A DNA stretch of 64,000 nucleotides from Podarcis bocagei. Taxonomy: Eukaryota. Below are positions 62,286 through 64,000 of this stretch, one piece after another (the stretch's first letter is position 1; the number at the start of each line of letters is the position of its first letter). Below the pieces are notes generated by a model. The model was not told the origin of the DNA, searched no databases, and saw only the letters and a list, made by a program, of their open reading frames with translations. The stretch lies in NCBI GenBank assembly GCA_964188305.1, contig OZ076896.1; one strand, 5' to 3'. Position numbers and translations under genes: made by a program.

Positions 62286-63728
62286 TCTGAGCACAACAGC
62301 ACTGACCCTCCCTGTGGTTCCCAGGAACTGGTATTCAGAAGCATTACTGCCCCCAACCACAGAGGAAGAGCATTGTTGTCATGGCCAGTTACCATTGACA
62401 GCTTGATTCTCATTGATTTGTCCAATCCTCCTTTAAAGCCTTCCAAGTTGATGGCCATCACTGCCTCCTGTAGGAGCCAGCTCATTATCTTATGATAATG
62501 AAATCGTATAGTTAAACGTTCCAAATATCTGGTATATTTTTACGTTTAACCTTTACATGCATAAGAGTTCCCAACTTACAGCATGGCTAACACCCTCAAG
62601 TCATTACAGACTGTGATCTGAAAAGCTTCCGGGATGTATTTTAGAAATATTTAATATAGCACTGGGAGACAAGTTGCAATTCCGCACAGCTGAAAGGTGT
62701 TTTTTTTTTTGTCACAGAGATCAATCTCAGTAGATGGGACTAAGCAGGAGACATTGAAAGAACCAACCCTAAAAGCTGCAGGGTGTCTCCGGAGATCAAT
62801 GCCCAGGCCTCTAAGTGCTGTCTATGATATTTTCAGCAGATGGTAGAAACAGGTCAGCATTTTGAGAGGAAGAAAGGGTGGGGAAATAAGATCAATAATA
62901 CGCATTCGACTTCTAAATGCAAGAAATGCCATCCAGTGTAGAGTTTGTGATTTTCTACCCTCGGATAGAATTTCAATATCATCCCTTCATTCATCTCAGA
63001 GGCTCTGATGGTTCTGTGTGGCCGCAACTCCAGTTTCCTGTTTATGCAGTGCGACTCGTTTCAGTGAATCAGCATTTCATCCACTGCTTATTAGACTCAA
63101 GAGAATTACACAGCATGTGGCTTCTTTGGACATAATGTTTTTCACTAGCTGCTGGATGTGACCTGTTCCCCTCCCCCCTTAGGGGTTCATTCTGACCCTA
63201 TGTTTGCTGCAGTTCTTAAGACAGATATTTTATATCTGCATGGGATGCTTTGTCAGGAGCTCACGTTGCATAAAAGCCTTGCTTGGCAGAAGTGTAGCAT
63301 GGGGCCCCAAATGGAATACCAATTACCACACTGGCATCGCTCTCCTAACCCTACTTTAAGATAGCTTTCAAAGTGGCTCACTCATAAATCTCTTATCCGG
63401 CTGCAATCTCTGACTTCACCCAAAGGCTATCCACACAACATTTTATAGATTAGCTGATCTCATGGCTAGATCACCTGAGACCCTTCTTAGTGATCTAACC
63501 ATCTGCCTGAGTCACATGATAGTTTTGTAAGTCATCCTTGCATGACTGCATCATGCAGTGTTCGCTTTCCCCCCACTTGTTTTAGATAGAGGGAAAGAAA
63601 AGATAAAAATATTGTGCTATGAGTAACTGGGAGAGAAGTTAAGAAAGTATAGTACTACTCAGACTACCCTGGAGAGGGGAATTGTTTAATTTGCTATTAA
63701 AAATATACAATCCCTCATCTCTTCCGAC

Positions 63729-63872
63729 CAGTGGCGTAGCGTGGGTTGTCAGCACCCGGCAAGGCAAGTAATTTGCGCCCCCTAACCCGTGGATTTGCGC
63801 CCCCTAACCCTAACCCCCAGATGTTGCGCCCGGTGCGGCCGCCCCCCTCTGCACCCCCCACGCTAGCCACTG
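63729..63872. mobile_element. hAT-superfamily MITE
   Basis: TIRs CAGTGGCGTAGCGTGGG / CCCACGCTAGCCACTG and a perfect 8-bp TSD CTTCCGAC (63721-63728 and 63873-63880). CpG-rich. Confidence 0.92.
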
Positions 63873-64000
63873 CTTCCGACCAAAGGCTTTTAAATGCATA
63901 GTGCTGTATTATGTCCATAACTCAGGCAGAAATCCTATGTACACTTAACTGTGAGTAAGCCCCATTGAACACAATGCAACTAGTGAATAAACATGAAAGA

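Larger units (their letters stand above)
60165..62480 (-). mobile_element. CR1 3' fragment split by an LTR + BovB nest
   Basis: aacataagaac...aagcaggacc(tg) resumes as (tc)tgagcacaacagcac...tccaatcctcctttaaagcc...ggccatcactgcctc. Confidence 0.75.

Noticed and set aside
20300-64000. A second host protein-coding gene (e.g. ESM1, the expected neighbour)
   Set aside because: No ORF or splice-bounded segment resembling a known protein was found outside transposons. Very short exons could have been missed by eye.

Overview
Vertebrate genomic DNA from a squamate, probably a lacertid lizard; this is inferred from the Sauria SINEs, BovB and the L2/CR1/MITE repertoire. Bases 1-15 kb hold the last five coding exons of a CSPG4/NG2-family gene on the + strand. 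It is most likely the CSPG4B paralogue: 910 aa splice in frame, with a TM helix and a C-terminal QYWV PDZ motif. A probable 3' UTR runs to about 19.7 kb. The remaining ~44 kb has no recognisable host coding exon and is a transposon-rich intergenic region. Highlights: (1) a young Neptune-type Penelope-like element in an intron, with perfect 207-bp inverted pLTRs each carrying a minimal hammerhead ribozyme behind a TATA/Inr promoter; (2) a separate ~92-bp ribozyme-only retro-insertion that starts at that predicted TSS; (3) several solo LTRs whose U3 region reads as an acidic then PLSPR/Arg-rich ORF, one of which is restored in frame when a BovB insertion is excised; (4) a 95-bp diverged tandem pair of hairpins with compensatory changes; (5) several three-layer nested insertions. 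All coordinates were read by eye and no database searches were run.
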